Shown: positions 11,140 to 22,555, counted from the first letter of the stretch. The stretch: 64,000 bases of DNA from Gammaproteobacteria bacterium (GCA_963662545.2 CAXXLL010000003.1:1120001-1184000), one strand, 5' to 3'. Notes: generated by a model from the letters alone, not told the origin. Numbers and translations: made by a program.

Positions 11140-12282
11140 TCAATCTGCCTGACGTCGCAGAAATGCGGGAATATCAAGATAGTCGACTCCCGATTCAGTA
11201 GCAGGCTTAGCTTCGACATCATCGTCTCTATTGCGAATGATCGTTGGGCGTTCAAGATTTTTGTAATCGAACTGTTCATCAGTCCTGCGAGGCGCTATCA
11301 CAACCGGTTCGTCCTTACTCCGATAGTCCAAACCAATACCTGTCGCGACTACTGTGACCCGTACTTCATCTTCCATCTGCTGATCGATAACCGTCCCGAC
11401 TACAATCGTCGCGTTGTCCGATGAAAATTCCTTCAAGGTATTGCCGACTTCTTCAAACTCACCCATCGTCAAGTCCATGCCGGACGTAATGTTTACGAGA
11501 ATGCCCTTGGCTCCGGACAGATTGATATCCTCGAGCAGCGGGCTGCAAATCGCTGCTTCGGCCGCGACCCGTGCGCGATCCTCTCCACGGCCGCTGCCGG
11601 AACCCATCATCGCCATTCCCATTTCAGCCATCACTGTTCGCACGTCCGCAAAGTCGACATTGATAAGTCCCGGGCAGGTAATCAGCTCTGCAATGCCTTG
11701 AACCGCACCGAGCAGCACATCGTTCGCAGCCTTGAAGGCGTTGAGCAGACTGATATCCCGACCGAGCACAGTCAACAGCTTCTCGTTCGGAATTGTTATG
11801 AGTGAATCGACGAACTGTGCGAGTTCCTTGATCCCGTCGTTCGCAATGTCTGCCCGCTTGCGTCCTTCGAAGGGAAACGGTCGCGTGATGACGGCGACCG
11901 TGAGGATACCCATCTCCTTGGCGAGTTGCGCGACGACGGGTGCCGCCCCGGTGCCCGTGCCGCCGCCCATCCCTGCGGTGATGAAGATCATGTCGGAACC
12001 CTCCAGAACGTCGATGATGCGTTCTCGATCTTCCATCGCGGCTTGTCGACCTATGACCGGGTCAGCGCCGGCCCCAAGCCCCTTGGTGATGTCACTGCCA
12101 AGCTGCAGCGTCGTTTTAACAGAGGTATTCTTCAACGCCTGTGCATCTGTGTTCGCACAAATGAATTCGACGCCGTCAATCGATGCGCTCACCATGTGCT
12201 GCACGGCGTTACCGCCGCCACCGCCCACACCAATCACCTTAATGATCGCGCTCTGGCTATAAGAGTCCATCAGTTCGAACAT
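11140..12282 (-). CDS. ftsZ: Cell division protein FtsZ
   Basis: GGGTGTG tubulin signature; C-terminal DYLDIPAFLRRQAD. Confidence 0.99.
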   Translation of the reverse strand: MFELMDSYSQSAIIKVIGVGGGGGNAVQHMVSASIDGVEFICANTDAQALKNTSVKTTLQLGSDITKGLGAGADPVIGRQAAMEDRERIIDVLEGSDMIFITAGMGGGTGTGAAPVVAQLAKEMGILTVAVITRPFPFEGRKRADIANDGIKELAQFVDSLITIPNEKLLTVLGRDISLLNAFKAANDVLLGAVQGIAELITCPGLINVDFADVRTVMAEMGMAMMGSGSGRGEDRARVAAEAAICSPLLEDINLSGAKGILVNITSGMDLTMGEFEEVGNTLKEFSSDNATIVVGTVIDQQMEDEVRVTVVATGIGLDYRSKDEPVVIAPRRTDEQFDYKNLERPTIIRNRDDDVEAKPATESGVDYLDIPAFLRRQAD

Positions 12283-12429
12283 GGCTATCCCTCCGTCTTC
12301 TGCTCATCCTGCAAGGGGTTGAGCGGTTGTTTTAATAGCAATCTACTCAGCGTAATAAATCTCAAATCGTTTCGGTAAATGGTCTGCGCGAGCCGCTTCT
12401 CGAGCGATCTACAGCACATTCCCAAGTAT

Positions 12430-13662
12430 TCAAAAGTTTCCATGAAACCAATTTTTCATTCGTTCCCAGACCGAGGCCGAGGATTCGAAGCGGCCCGGTT
12501 GACCAAAGCCTCCGAATTCGTTGTTTCCAAACAGCAACAGCCCAACACCGGTTGCATATATCGGGTTGCGTACCACGTCGACGAGTCCCGCGACATATTG
12601 GGGTGTTCCGAGTCTGACAGGCATATGAAATACTTCTTCTGCGAGCTCGATCGCGCCTTCCATTTTTGCACTGCCACCAGTCAGAACGATTCCCGCGGCG
12701 ATCATTTCCTCGAAGCCGCTGCGCTTGAGCTCATTTACGACGAGGTTGAATAATTCCTCGTAGCGAGGCTCCACGACTTCAGCCAGAGTTTGTCTTACCA
12801 ATCGGCGTGGAGGACGATCACCGACGCTTGGGACTTCGATCGTTTCGTCCGGATTCGCGAGCTGGGTCAGTGCGCAGGCGTATTGAATCTTGATGTCTTC
12901 CGCATGGTGCGTCGGGGTCCTGAGCGCTACCGCGATATCGTTGGTCACCTGATCACCGGCAATGGGGATTACCGCGGAGTGGTGAATGGCGCCGTTGATG
13001 AATACCGCGATATCCGTAGTGCCACCCCCGACGTCACACAGGCACACGCCCAGTTCCTTTTCATCCTCCGTAAGCACCGCGTAGGACGATGCGAGCTGCT
13101 GCAATATGATGTCGTCAACTTCCAGCCCGCATCTGCGTACGCACTTGATGATGTTTTGTGCGGCGGATACGGCTCCGGTGACCATGTGCACCCTCGATTC
13201 GAGCCGGACACCGGACATTCCAATCGGTTCGCGAATTCCTTCCTGCCCGTCGATGATGAACTCCTGGGGAAGAATATGAAGAATTTTCTGGTCGGCCGGT
13301 ATCGCAACCGCACGCGCGGCGTCGATCACTCGCTCGACGTCGTTGTGACCTACTTCACTGTCCCTGATCGCCACGATGCCGTGGGAATTCAAGCTTCTGA
13401 TGTGACCGCCTGCAATGCCCGCATACACGGAATGGATCTCGCATCCGGCCATGAGTTCGGCCTCTTCGATCGCTCGCTGTATGGATTGCACTGTGGACTC
13501 AATATTGACGACGACGCCCTTTTTAAGACCACGTGAGGGATGGGAGCCGATGCCGATCACTTCGACCTCGTTCTCGATTGATATCTCGCCAACGATCGCG
13601 ACAACCTTGGATGTTCCAATGTCGAGTCCAACAAGTAACTTCTTTTCCGGTTTCTTCACCAT
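12430..13662 (-). CDS. ftsA: Cell division protein FtsA
   Basis: GLDIGTSKV, DVGGGTTD, VLTGG, C-terminal amphipathic helix WFHGNF. Confidence 0.98.
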   Translation of the reverse strand: MVKKPEKKLLVGLDIGTSKVVAIVGEISIENEVEVIGIGSHPSRGLKKGVVVNIESTVQSIQRAIEEAELMAGCEIHSVYAGIAGGHIRSLNSHGIVAIRDSEVGHNDVERVIDAARAVAIPADQKILHILPQEFIIDGQEGIREPIGMSGVRLESRVHMVTGAVSAAQNIIKCVRRCGLEVDDIILQQLASSYAVLTEDEKELGVCLCDVGGGTTDIAVFINGAIHHSAVIPIAGDQVTNDIAVALRTPTHHAEDIKIQYACALTQLANPDETIEVPSVGDRPPRRLVRQTLAEVVEPRYEELFNLVVNELKRSGFEEMIAAGIVLTGGSAKMEGAIELAEEVFHMPVRLGTPQYVAGLVDVVRNPIYATGVGLLLFGNNEFGGFGQPGRFESSASVWERMKNWFHGNF

Positions 13663-13719
13663 GAGGGTGAACTCCCGAAGGCCCTGTGTGATTGTGTATT
13701 GGGTCGCAAATAAATCATG

Positions 13720-14487
13720 TCAGCCATTACCGTCCAGCGAACCGTGTTCGGACACCGCAAAACCATTCGTATATCTCAAGTCCACCCTCCCGATGCGGTC
13801 CCACACGGCAATCAGGCCGTGCTGGTATCCAAAAATGAATCTCGCAAGTCTGATTTCGAAGTCCTTGCGGCCGATAATGAGTTGACGTTCCGCCGAGGTT
13901 GTGACTGTCCACGCGTGGCGTTTGGACAGATCAAGCTGCACGGGACTCAAACCGACCGTGCCCAGCTGGCGTCGGACATAATGGTAGCGCTGCAAAACCT
14001 CTAACTCGGTGCCGAGCGGCCCGCTCAGCCGCGCGAGACCCGCCGGAATTTCATCGGATGCAGGCACGAAGATGTCCGCCTGTTCGTTCAATAGGGCGTG
14101 CCCTCCCCATCTCGCCACCGGCCGCTGCTCCACGATACTAACGCGCAGGGCGTCGGGCCAAACCCGCCGTACGCTGGCGTTAAGAATCCACGGCTCGTCC
14201 AGCAGGATATCCTGGATTTCTGACACATCTACCCCGAAAAAGCCGGCGTCCACCGCCTCGACAACGACGACCTGCAAATGGTCGGGATCGAGGTATCTAA
14301 ATTCACCGTCCACCATCACCTTACGGATCGGCAACGCGGCCGGGTCGGAGAGGGCTTTTGCCAGAAATCCCAGTCCGACAAGTGTCATGAACAACATCAC
14401 AGCGAAAACAATCAATGTAGGAGACGGAAGCTTCTCGTCACTGCGACCTTTTAGTTTGGCTTGCGATGGCAGATTCATGAGACTCAA
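13720..14487 (-). CDS. ftsQ: Cell division protein FtsQ
   Basis: Single TM, POTRA (PWI..ASVRRVWPD), DLRYTNGFAV. Confidence 0.94.
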   Translation of the reverse strand: MSLMNLPSQAKLKGRSDEKLPSPTLIVFAVMLFMTLVGLGFLAKALSDPAALPIRKVMVDGEFRYLDPDHLQVVVVEAVDAGFFGVDVSEIQDILLDEPWILNASVRRVWPDALRVSIVEQRPVARWGGHALLNEQADIFVPASDEIPAGLARLSGPLGTELEVLQRYHYVRRQLGTVGLSPVQLDLSKRHAWTVTTSAERQLIIGRKDFEIRLARFIFGYQHGLIAVWDRIGRVDLRYTNGFAVSEHGSLDGNG

Positions 14488-15425
14488 AAACTCGAAGCCA
14501 AAATTGAAAGAACGAGTTCTTCAAACGACAGCCCTGCTTGACGAGCGGCCATCGGGACCAGCGAATGATCGGTCATTCCCGGAACGGTGTTGAACTCTAT
14601 CAACCACATGCGTGAATCCTCGCCGCGCATGAAATCGACGCGGCCCCACCCGCGCCCGTCCAGTGCTGCAAACGCGGCCAGAGCAAGCTCCGCTATAGTA
14701 CGTTCTTCGTCCGGTGACAAACCGCAGGGGCAGATATACTGAGTGGTATCCTCGATATATTTTGCTGCGTAATCGTAGAATTCATGAGGCGTTTCCACCC
14801 TTATTATCGGCAGTGCCGCATCACCCACGATGGAGAGCGTGTAATCTCTACCCTCGATCCAGCGCTCCGCCAGAACGGCATCATCGAATTTTCTTGCGTG
14901 CCCAAACGCTTCATCAAACTCGGAACCCGATTTGACCTTGGTAATGCCGAGACTCGAACCTTCCCGAGCCGGCTTGATAATCAATGGCAGCCCGAGCTTT
15001 TCGATCACTGCGGCGGCGTCGGATTCGGCGTCGATGACTTCAAACGGCGGCGTCAGCATGCCAGCTCCGAGCAGGGTGAGTTTCGCGCGTATCTTATCCA
15101 TCGCCAGTGAACAACCTAGGACACGCGTTCCGGTATAGGGCACACCCATGAGTTCCAGCACCGCTTGAATTTGCCCGTCTTCGCCGCCACGCCCGTGCAG
15201 AGCGATAAAATACCGATCAAACGCATTGTCGATAAAATCGTGTCCCAGCGCGCCGCTCCAATCAACGGCATGCGCATCGATGCCCGCGCTCAGCAAGCCT
15301 TGTAGAATCTCCTGACCGCTTTTCAGCGATATTTCTCGTTCGGCCGAAGCGCCGCCCATCAGCACGCCTACGCGTCCGGATTTTTCAATGACCTCGTCTA
15401 AGTCAATCCGCGGCTGCGCCGTCAT
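14484..15425 (-). CDS. ddlB: D-alanine--D-alanine ligase
   Basis: GGASAEREISL, LHGRGGEDG, EGSSLG, EFNTVPGMT. Confidence 0.96.
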   Translation of the reverse strand: MTAQPRIDLDEVIEKSGRVGVLMGGASAEREISLKSGQEILQGLLSAGIDAHAVDWSGALGHDFIDNAFDRYFIALHGRGGEDGQIQAVLELMGVPYTGTRVLGCSLAMDKIRAKLTLLGAGMLTPPFEVIDAESDAAAVIEKLGLPLIIKPAREGSSLGITKVKSGSEFDEAFGHARKFDDAVLAERWIEGRDYTLSIVGDAALPIIRVETPHEFYDYAAKYIEDTTQYICPCGLSPDEERTIAELALAAFAALDGRGWGRVDFMRGEDSRMWLIEFNTVPGMTDHSLVPMAARQAGLSFEELVLSILASSF

Positions 15426-16381
15426 TCCTCGCCCCCTTCCTGTGTATTACGCTCGCCGGGGAGTCCGACGATCCTGACTTCGGGTTCGAGCCGCACTCCG
15501 GTGGTGGCTTCGACCTTCGCTTGGACGAATACAATGAGCTTTTCGAGGTCCTCCGCACTCGCGCCGTGATCGTTCTCGACAAAATTCGCATGCACCGACG
15601 AAATCGAACAACCGCCTAGTCGGTATCCCTTGAGGCCGCATTGCTCGATCAAGCGCCCGGCGAAATCTCCTGGGGGATTCTTGAAAACCGAGCCGCACGT
15701 GGCCTTACCGGCCGGCTGTGTCGCGGATCGCTGCGCCAGAACGGCCTTGATCTTGTCAGTTCCGCGGCCATCGGCTGAGCGCGTCATGCGTAAAATACCG
15801 CCGACGAACCATTCACCCTCCGGTCCGCGAATCTCCCGGTAATCCGGCTGGTATTCATCACGCGCTCGGTGGCGGACGCGACCTTGGCGATCGACCGTTT
15901 CCACCGATTCGACATAGTCCCAGACCTCGCCACCCAGGGCGCCCGCATTCATGGCCAGTGCGCCGCCCAGCGTTCCAGGTATCCCCGCCAGGAACTCGAT
16001 TCCGGCAAGATTTTTCGCTGCCGCCGCGCGCGCCAGGCGTGCACAAGTAACACCGCATTCCGCGTAGAGCCGGTTGCCATCGAGCCAGCGAAGCCGACCC
16101 AGGCCTGGTGTTGTCGCAATCACCGTGCCCCGCAAGCCGCCATCGCGGATCAGCAAGTTGCTGCCGAGACCGAGCCAGAAAATCGGCTCGGAATCCGGAA
16201 CAACGGACAGGAATTCGATCAGATCCTTAACGTCGGCCGGTTCGAAGTAACGATCGGCAACCCCGCCGCAGCGCCAGCTCGAATGTCTCGACATCGGTTC
16301 GCGATAGCGCACGACTCCGCGCGCCTCTAGATCCGCATTCCAATCGGACTGGGCATTCATACTAATTGACTGACTGCTCAT
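15422..16381 (-). CDS. murB: UDP-N-acetylenolpyruvoylglucosamine reductase
   Basis: GLGSNLL, IPGTLGGALAMNAGA, CGSVFKNP, HANF, LEPEVRI. Confidence 0.96.
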   Translation of the reverse strand: MSSQSISMNAQSDWNADLEARGVVRYREPMSRHSSWRCGGVADRYFEPADVKDLIEFLSVVPDSEPIFWLGLGSNLLIRDGGLRGTVIATTPGLGRLRWLDGNRLYAECGVTCARLARAAAAKNLAGIEFLAGIPGTLGGALAMNAGALGGEVWDYVESVETVDRQGRVRHRARDEYQPDYREIRGPEGEWFVGGILRMTRSADGRGTDKIKAVLAQRSATQPAGKATCGSVFKNPPGDFAGRLIEQCGLKGYRLGGCSISSVHANFVENDHGASAEDLEKLIVFVQAKVEATTGVRLEPEVRIVGLPGERNTQEGGEE

Positions 16382-16402
16382 ACCAGGTTCGTGGGGAAGA
16401 TC

Positions 16403-17803
16403 TCATCCGATCAATTCCTCTGCGATTCCTCCTATGTTGCCCGCCCCGAGCATTGCAACCACGTCACCATCGCGAACGACCTCCGTAAGCACCTGCCGGA
16501 CCGATTTGAGATCGTCGACGAAGATCGGGTCCACCAGGCCACGCATTCGTATCGCGCGACACAGGGAACGGCCATCGGCTCCCGGAACGGCAGGCTCTCC
16601 GGCTGCATAGACTTCGAGAAGAAGCAAAACGTTCGCTCGTGACAACACGTTGACGAAATCTTCAAAAAGATCCCGCGTTCGAGAGTATCGGTGCGGTTGA
16701 AATACTACGATGAGACGCCGTTCAGGCCAGCTTCTTCTGATCGTTTTAAGCACAGCGTCAATCTCTTTCGGATGATGGCCATAATCGTCGACGATGGTCA
16801 GTTCACAATCTCCGATACACACGGATAGGTGCACCTGGCAGCGGCGCCCTATGCCCTGGAATTTTGAAAGCGCGCTGCGTACAGCATTCAGTTCAATGCC
16901 CAATTCGCGGGAGACAGCGATAGCCGCCAACGCATTCTGTACGTTGTGCTCCCCGGGCAGATTGAGCACGAATTCCTCCGCCTCGGGGTGCCCGTCAAAG
17001 CTCACGCGAAAATGCTCACGACCGTCAACATGTCTTAAGTCGTGACCAAGTACGTCCGCGCCTTCATTTAATCCAAAGGTGACGACGCGCGTGCGAATTT
17101 CGGGCACCAGGGAAGCCGCGTGCTCATCGTCGTGACTCACGCACGCAAATCCATAGGACGGGAGGCGGCGAAAGAATTCGACAAAGGTGGCTTTGAGCAC
17201 CGAAAAATCGCCGTTGTATGTTTCCATGTGATCGGCATCGACGTTCGTCAGAACTGCCATCAACGGATTCAATAGTAAAAACGATGCGTCACTCTCATCT
17301 GCTTCGGCCACGAGATAAGGACCCGTACCGAGACGCGCGTGAGAATTGATGCTCTTGACCAGGCCACCAACTACGAAGGTGGGGTCAAGTCCTGCCTCGG
17401 CTAGAACGCTGGCGATCAAGCTCGTGGTCGTCGTTTTTCCGTGCGTGCCGGCGACCGCGATGCCGCGTCGAAATCGCATCAGCTCGGCTAGCATCTCAGC
17501 GCGTGGAACCGCCGGAATTCGTTTCCGCCGCGCTGCCTGCAATTCCACATTGTCACCGCGAATCGCGCTCGAATACACGACGACGTCCGCGCCTTCAACA
17601 TGTGCGGAATCATGCGATTCGAAAACGGATACACCGATTGCACTCAGATGTTCGGTTATGCTTGAGGGGCTGATGTCCGACCCGGAAATACTGTAACCGA
17701 GATTGCAGAAAACTTCGGCGATGCCGCTCATCCCGGCACCACCAACACCGATAAAGTGAATGCTTTCGACTTTATGCATGAGTAGTTCGTTTTCTTCATG
17801 CAT
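16403..17803 (-). CDS. murC: UDP-N-acetylmuramate--L-alanine ligase
   Basis: GVGGAGMSGIA, AGTHGKTTTT, EADESD, DDYGHHP, FQPHRY. Confidence 0.98.
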   Translation of the reverse strand: MHEENELLMHKVESIHFIGVGGAGMSGIAEVFCNLGYSISGSDISPSSITEHLSAIGVSVFESHDSAHVEGADVVVYSSAIRGDNVELQAARRKRIPAVPRAEMLAELMRFRRGIAVAGTHGKTTTTSLIASVLAEAGLDPTFVVGGLVKSINSHARLGTGPYLVAEADESDASFLLLNPLMAVLTNVDADHMETYNGDFSVLKATFVEFFRRLPSYGFACVSHDDEHAASLVPEIRTRVVTFGLNEGADVLGHDLRHVDGREHFRVSFDGHPEAEEFVLNLPGEHNVQNALAAIAVSRELGIELNAVRSALSKFQGIGRRCQVHLSVCIGDCELTIVDDYGHHPKEIDAVLKTIRRSWPERRLIVVFQPHRYSRTRDLFEDFVNVLSRANVLLLLEVYAAGEPAVPGADGRSLCRAIRMRGLVDPIFVDDLKSVRQVLTEVVRDGDVVAMLGAGNIGGIAEELIG

Positions 17804-18893
17804 CTATGAACTCCAGGCAATGCTTTGCGACGTCCTCGGTGGCGGAAGGCAAGGCAAGCGCCCGCGCCCGCATCGCCATATCGATCAGAGCATTGCGGTC
17901 GTTCAGGACACGGACCAGAAGAGTACGAAGCGACTCGGTGGTCATCTCATGTTCGGGCAACAGGACAGCTGCACCCTTGTCGGACAAGTACCGTGCGTTG
18001 ATGGTCTGGTGATCGTCGACCGCAAACGGATATGGAATCAGTATCGAGGCAATCCCGCACGCCGCTATTTCCGCTATGGTGATCGCGCCTGCCCGCGCGA
18101 TGACGATGTCAGCCCATCGATACGCTTCCGCCATATCGTCGATATAGGCTTCGACTTTGACGTCCGTAATCCCCTCCCCGAGTCGATATCGCGCGCGGGT
18201 CGAATCGACTTCGTCGGCACCGCATTGGTGCCTAACCCGCATGTTTCTAACCCCGCTTGTAGTGATCGCGGAAGGCACCTGTTCGTTTAGCGCGCGCGCG
18301 CCACGGCTGCCGCCGAACACGAGTACATTGACGCCTTTACGGGATGCCAGCCGATCGCCGGGCTGATCGATGCTGATGATCTCCGCGCGTACCGGGTTGC
18401 CTGTCGCGACGGCCATTGCCGCCGCTGGGAAACTTCCGGGAAAAGCTTCAAGCACGCACCTTGCGAGCCGCCTCAATAAGCGATTGGTCAAGCCCGGAAC
18501 TGCATTCTGCTCGTGAATGACAAGGGGGCGTCTGCACAACCACGCCGCCACCCCACCCGGGCCGCTGACAAAGCCCCCCATGCCGAGCACGACCCGCGGA
18601 TTCGTTTTCAAGATTGCAATAATTGCCTCAACCACGGCGAGAGAGAGGGTTACCGGCGCAGCTAACCAGCGCAGCAGACCCGTATGTCGAAGACCTGACA
18701 CGAGAATCAGGGAGAGCGGAAAGCCATGCTGCGGCACGACGCGGGCTTCCAGCCCTCGGCGTGTCCCCATCCAATAAAGTTTGATCCCCTGCTCCTTCAA
18801 CGCATGGGCAACCGCGAGTCCCGGGTAGACGTGCCCGCCCGTTCCACCGGCAACGATCATGACGGAGCGAGGTGAAAAATTCGGGCTAGACAA
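17796..18893 (-). CDS. murG: Undecaprenyldiphospho-muramoylpentapeptide GlcNAc transferase
   Basis: GGTGGHVYP, HEQN, GGSRGA, HQTINA. Confidence 0.97.
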   Translation of the reverse strand: MSSPNFSPRSVMIVAGGTGGHVYPGLAVAHALKEQGIKLYWMGTRRGLEARVVPQHGFPLSLILVSGLRHTGLLRWLAAPVTLSLAVVEAIIAILKTNPRVVLGMGGFVSGPGGVAAWLCRRPLVIHEQNAVPGLTNRLLRRLARCVLEAFPGSFPAAAMAVATGNPVRAEIISIDQPGDRLASRKGVNVLVFGGSRGARALNEQVPSAITTSGVRNMRVRHQCGADEVDSTRARYRLGEGITDVKVEAYIDDMAEAYRWADIVIARAGAITIAEIAACGIASILIPYPFAVDDHQTINARYLSDKGAAVLLPEHEMTTESLRTLLVRVLNDRNALIDMAMRARALALPSATEDVAKHCLEFIDA

Positions 18894-20094
18894 TGGCGTT
18901 ACCCTCCTCCGCTGCGAGACGTTGCGCCCTACGCGCCTCCAGGCCCGCTCGGCACACCAGCCCCAGTGACACGAATGTAATCGCCAAGTTGTTGCTACCG
19001 TAGCTCAAGAACGGCAGCGGTAATCCTTTGGTGGGTAATAGCCCCATGTTCACACCGATATTTACAAAGGCCTGTGTCCCGAGTAGAAGGCCGACCCCAT
19101 ATGTCGTGTACGCAGCGAAAATCAGGTTCGCGCGTTCTGCGATGCCGCCAATATGGAATATTCTCCAGATCAGAAACACGAAAACACCGATGACCGTTAT
19201 CGTACCGGCGAGACCCAATTCTTCGCCGATAACTGCAAAAACAAAGTCTGTATGAACCTCGGGCAGGTAGTAGAGCTTCTGCACACTGTTGCCGAGACCA
19301 ACACCAAACCATTCGCCCCGACCAAAGGCGATCAGCGCCTGCGTCAGCTGGAATCCCGAGTTGTACGGGTCCGCCCAGGGATCCATGAAAGTCATGACTC
19401 GCTGCAAGCGGTAAGGTGCGGTCACCGACAGCGCCGCCAGAGTCCCCAGGGCCGCGAACCCCCAGAAAAAGAACCTCAAGAACGGAACGCCGGCGAGAAA
19501 CAACATGCCGAGTGCGGTCGTGAACAATACGACTGCTGCGCCGAAATCGGGCTCGAGCAGAAGCAATGCAGCGATCACGGTGAGCACTCCGATCGGCTTG
19601 ATGAACCCCACGAATTCTCTCTGCACCTGGTTGTTGTGCCGAACCAAATAAGCGGCGAGATAGATCACTACGGCGAGCTTGGCGGGTTCAGAGGCTTGAA
19701 GTGAAATGGAACCCATTTGCAACCAGCGCATGCTGCCCTTGACCTCGTGCCCGAAACCCGGAATCAATACGGCGACGAGCAGCATGATTCCCAAAAACAG
19801 CAGGGGCGTACTGTAGCGATCGAGTTTTTCCAGCGGAATCCGCATCGCGGCAAACGCTGTTACGCAACCGATTACCGCCGCGCCGAGTTGCCTCCAAAAA
19901 TAGTAAAGCGGTGAGAATTCACGCCGCTCCGCGATGGACACCGAGGTCGATACGACCATGATTAAACCAATGCATAGCAGGGTCAGTGCCGCGCCGATCA
20001 ACCAGATATCGTATTCGAACTCTGATTTCTCACCGGGTCTGCTCTGCGGATCGCCCCGGGGAACGGCCTGATGATTGTGCACGGCTTGCGTCAT
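18886..20094 (-). CDS. ftsW: SEDS peptidoglycan glycosyltransferase FtsW
   Basis: Multi-TM, QASEPAK, EPDFG, LPEVHTDF, PTKGLPLPFLSYG. Confidence 0.97.
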   Translation of the reverse strand: MTQAVHNHQAVPRGDPQSRPGEKSEFEYDIWLIGAALTLLCIGLIMVVSTSVSIAERREFSPLYYFWRQLGAAVIGCVTAFAAMRIPLEKLDRYSTPLLFLGIMLLVAVLIPGFGHEVKGSMRWLQMGSISLQASEPAKLAVVIYLAAYLVRHNNQVQREFVGFIKPIGVLTVIAALLLLEPDFGAAVVLFTTALGMLFLAGVPFLRFFFWGFAALGTLAALSVTAPYRLQRVMTFMDPWADPYNSGFQLTQALIAFGRGEWFGVGLGNSVQKLYYLPEVHTDFVFAVIGEELGLAGTITVIGVFVFLIWRIFHIGGIAERANLIFAAYTTYGVGLLLGTQAFVNIGVNMGLLPTKGLPLPFLSYGSNNLAITFVSLGLVCRAGLEARRAQRLAAEEGNAIV

Positions 20095-21458
20095 CTTACC
20101 CGCAGATCTTCGACCGCCTGTCGAAATACGCGGCCGCGGTGTCTGTAGTCATCAAACATATCGAAGCTGGCGCACCCCGGGGACAGCAGGACGACTTCGC
20201 CCCGCCGTGCCAGATGGGCAGCGGCGGATACCGCCGCGCGCAGATCCGTCGCGTACAGGCTCGCAATTCTGCCTTTGAGTGCGCGGCTTATTCGTTCCGA
20301 TGCCGCACCGATCAAAACGACGGTATGCATGTGTCGGACGGCGGCGTCGGCAAGATCAGAGAAATCGGCTCCCTTATGATCGCCGCCCGCGATCAAAACC
20401 CCCGAGCGGCCGCTGCAAAGCCCCTCCATCGACGCGCGGCTTGCGCCGGGATTTGTGGCCTTGGAATCGTTGATGAACGACACTCCCTCGATCTCGGCGA
20501 TAGTTTCGGCGCGATGTTCGAGGCCTTGAAACGACGTCAAGGCGCGGATCATTTCCGGTCCGACCGGCCCGATCTCCGAACAAATGGCGACGGCGGCGAG
20601 TGCATTAGCGACATTGTGCTTGCCGACGAGTTTCAATTCGTCGACGGCCGCGTATTCACCTGCCGGTCCCACGAGTAAGACCTCTGAATTCGCTTCGCGT
20701 AATCCGAACATACCGGTACCGGGGCGCCTGAGCGTGAAATCGATCCGCTTCCCCGGGCAGATGAGTCCGGCCGTTGCGGGGTCATCGGCATTCATTACGG
20801 CTGATTCGGCGCCCGCCAGTATCCGCGCCTTGATCCGCAGGTAATCGTCGAAAGAACCATGCCGGTCAAGGTGGTCGGGCGATATGTTGAGAATGCACGC
20901 GACGCGCGGCGCAAGCGTACGTGTGAGCTCGAGCTGAAAACTCGAAAGTTCGAGGACGTAAACTTCCGGTTCGTCTTCCTGAATTAGATCCAGCGCGGGT
21001 GGGCCCAAGTTCCCGCCGCAACGCGTCACTATGCCGGCAGCTTTCAGCATTTCGGCGACTAGCAAGGTCACGGTGCTTTTCCCGTTCGTCCCCGTAATCG
21101 CAACGACTGGCGCACGCGCAGATTCGGCGAACAGTTCGATGTCTCCGACCACGTCGACGCCTGCTTCGTACGCCGCGCGAAGCGAGGGATTGTCAACAGC
21201 CACGCCGGGGCTCAGGATGATGCGCCCACACGTCGATAATTCATCGGCATCCAGGCCGCCCGTTAACACCCTAGCCTCAGGGTATTCCCGCCGCACGTCA
21301 TCGGCGCACGGCGGTTCTTCACGCGTATCCATGGCGACGACTGTCGCCCCGCGAGCATGCAGGAACCGCACGCAGGACCGACCCGTCAGCCCCAGGCCTA
21401 CGACCGCAAAATCGGCAGCTCGCCCTCTCATTTTCGATGCCTTGACCCCCAGGTCCAC
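20091..21458 (-). CDS. murD: UDP-N-acetylmuramoyl-L-alanine--D-glutamate ligase
   Basis: ITGTNGKST, ELSSFQL, DHLDRH, NDSKATN, SPGCASFD. Confidence 0.97.
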   Translation of the reverse strand: MDLGVKASKMRGRAADFAVVGLGLTGRSCVRFLHARGATVVAMDTREEPPCADDVRREYPEARVLTGGLDADELSTCGRIILSPGVAVDNPSLRAAYEAGVDVVGDIELFAESARAPVVAITGTNGKSTVTLLVAEMLKAAGIVTRCGGNLGPPALDLIQEDEPEVYVLELSSFQLELTRTLAPRVACILNISPDHLDRHGSFDDYLRIKARILAGAESAVMNADDPATAGLICPGKRIDFTLRRPGTGMFGLREANSEVLLVGPAGEYAAVDELKLVGKHNVANALAAVAICSEIGPVGPEMIRALTSFQGLEHRAETIAEIEGVSFINDSKATNPGASRASMEGLCSGRSGVLIAGGDHKGADFSDLADAAVRHMHTVVLIGAASERISRALKGRIASLYATDLRAAVSAAAHLARRGEVVLLSPGCASFDMFDDYRHRGRVFRQAVEDLRVR

Positions 21459-21472
21459 ACGCCTGTCCCGTT

Positions 21473-22555
21473 CTACCTAAGCTTGAGCGTCGCCAGCGCG
21501 GCGAGGACGAGCACGACTGTAACGATCCAGAAACGAACGATCACCCGCGGCTCTGGCCAACCCTTGAGTTCGAAGTGGTGGTGAATCGGCGCCATCTTGA
21601 AGAGCCGTTTACCCGTCAGTTTGTACGAGACGACTTGCAGGATCACCGACACCGTTTCCATGACGAACACGCCGCCCATGATCAGGAGAACGAGTTCCTG
21701 CCGTACGACTACGGCGACTGTGCCAAGTGCGGCCCCGAGAGCCAATGCGCCCATGTCGCCCATGAAAATTTGTGCCGGGTATGTATTGAACCAGAGGAAC
21801 CCCAGCCCGGCCCCGACGATCGCGCCGCAAAAAACGCACACTTCTCCAACCCCACTGATATAGGGCACGGCCAAGTAGCGCGCGAAATTCACATTCCCGG
21901 CGACGTAGGCGAATACGATCAAGGCGGCGGCGACCATCACCGTCGGCAAGATTGCCAACCCGTCCAGGCCGTCCGTCAAATTGACCGCGTTGCTCGTACC
22001 CACGATCACAAAATACGTGAAGATGACGTAGAACCAACCGAGATCGAGTGCGATGCTTTTAAAGAACGGAACGATCAACTGAGTCTCGGACGGGGTTCGC
22101 GCCGTGTAATAGAGCACGAGAGCCGTCGCCAACGCTACGGCAGACAGCCATGCGTATTTCTTACCCGCGGAAAGTCCTCTCGAATCTCGGTGGCTTAGCT
22201 TGAGATAGTCATCTGCTGAGCCAACGGCGCCGAATAAAATGGTGGTCAACAATACTATCCAAACGAAGCGGTTTCCGAGATCGCTCCACAACAGGGTGCT
22301 CACGGTGATCGATACCAGGATCAACAAGCCGCCCATCGTCGGAGTTCCGGCTTTGGATTGGTGTGATTCGGGTCCGTCGTGACGAACATTTTCACTGATT
22401 TGAAAATTCGCCAGGTGGCGAATCATCGACGGTCCGATGATCAACGCAATGAAAAGCGCAGTGAGCACGCCGAGTATCGTGCGCAGGGTAATGTACTGAA
22501 ATACGTTGAACCCGGAGTGGTACTGCACCAGATACTCCGTCAGATAGATCAGCAC
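21473..22555 (-). CDS. mraY: Phospho-N-acetylmuramoyl-pentapeptide transferase
   Basis: [33 protein letters not shown]. Confidence 0.98.
   Translation of the reverse strand: MLIYLTEYLVQYHSGFNVFQYITLRTILGVLTALFIALIIGPSMIRHLANFQISENVRHDGPESHQSKAGTPTMGGLLILVSITVSTLLWSDLGNRFVWIVLLTTILFGAVGSADDYLKLSHRDSRGLSAGKKYAWLSAVALATALVLYYTARTPSETQLIVPFFKSIALDLGWFYVIFTYFVIVGTSNAVNLTDGLDGLAILPTVMVAAALIVFAYVAGNVNFARYLAVPYISGVGEVCVFCGAIVGAGLGFLWFNTYPAQIFMGDMGALALGAALGTVAVVVRQELVLLIMGGVFVMETVSVILQVVSYKLTGKRLFKMAPIHHHFELKGWPEPRVIVRFWIVTVVLVLAALATLKLR

Noticed and set aside
15422-16381. murB inside the dcw cluster as a novelty
   Set aside because: murC-murB-ddl is a known arrangement in many Proteobacteria; only a lineage hint
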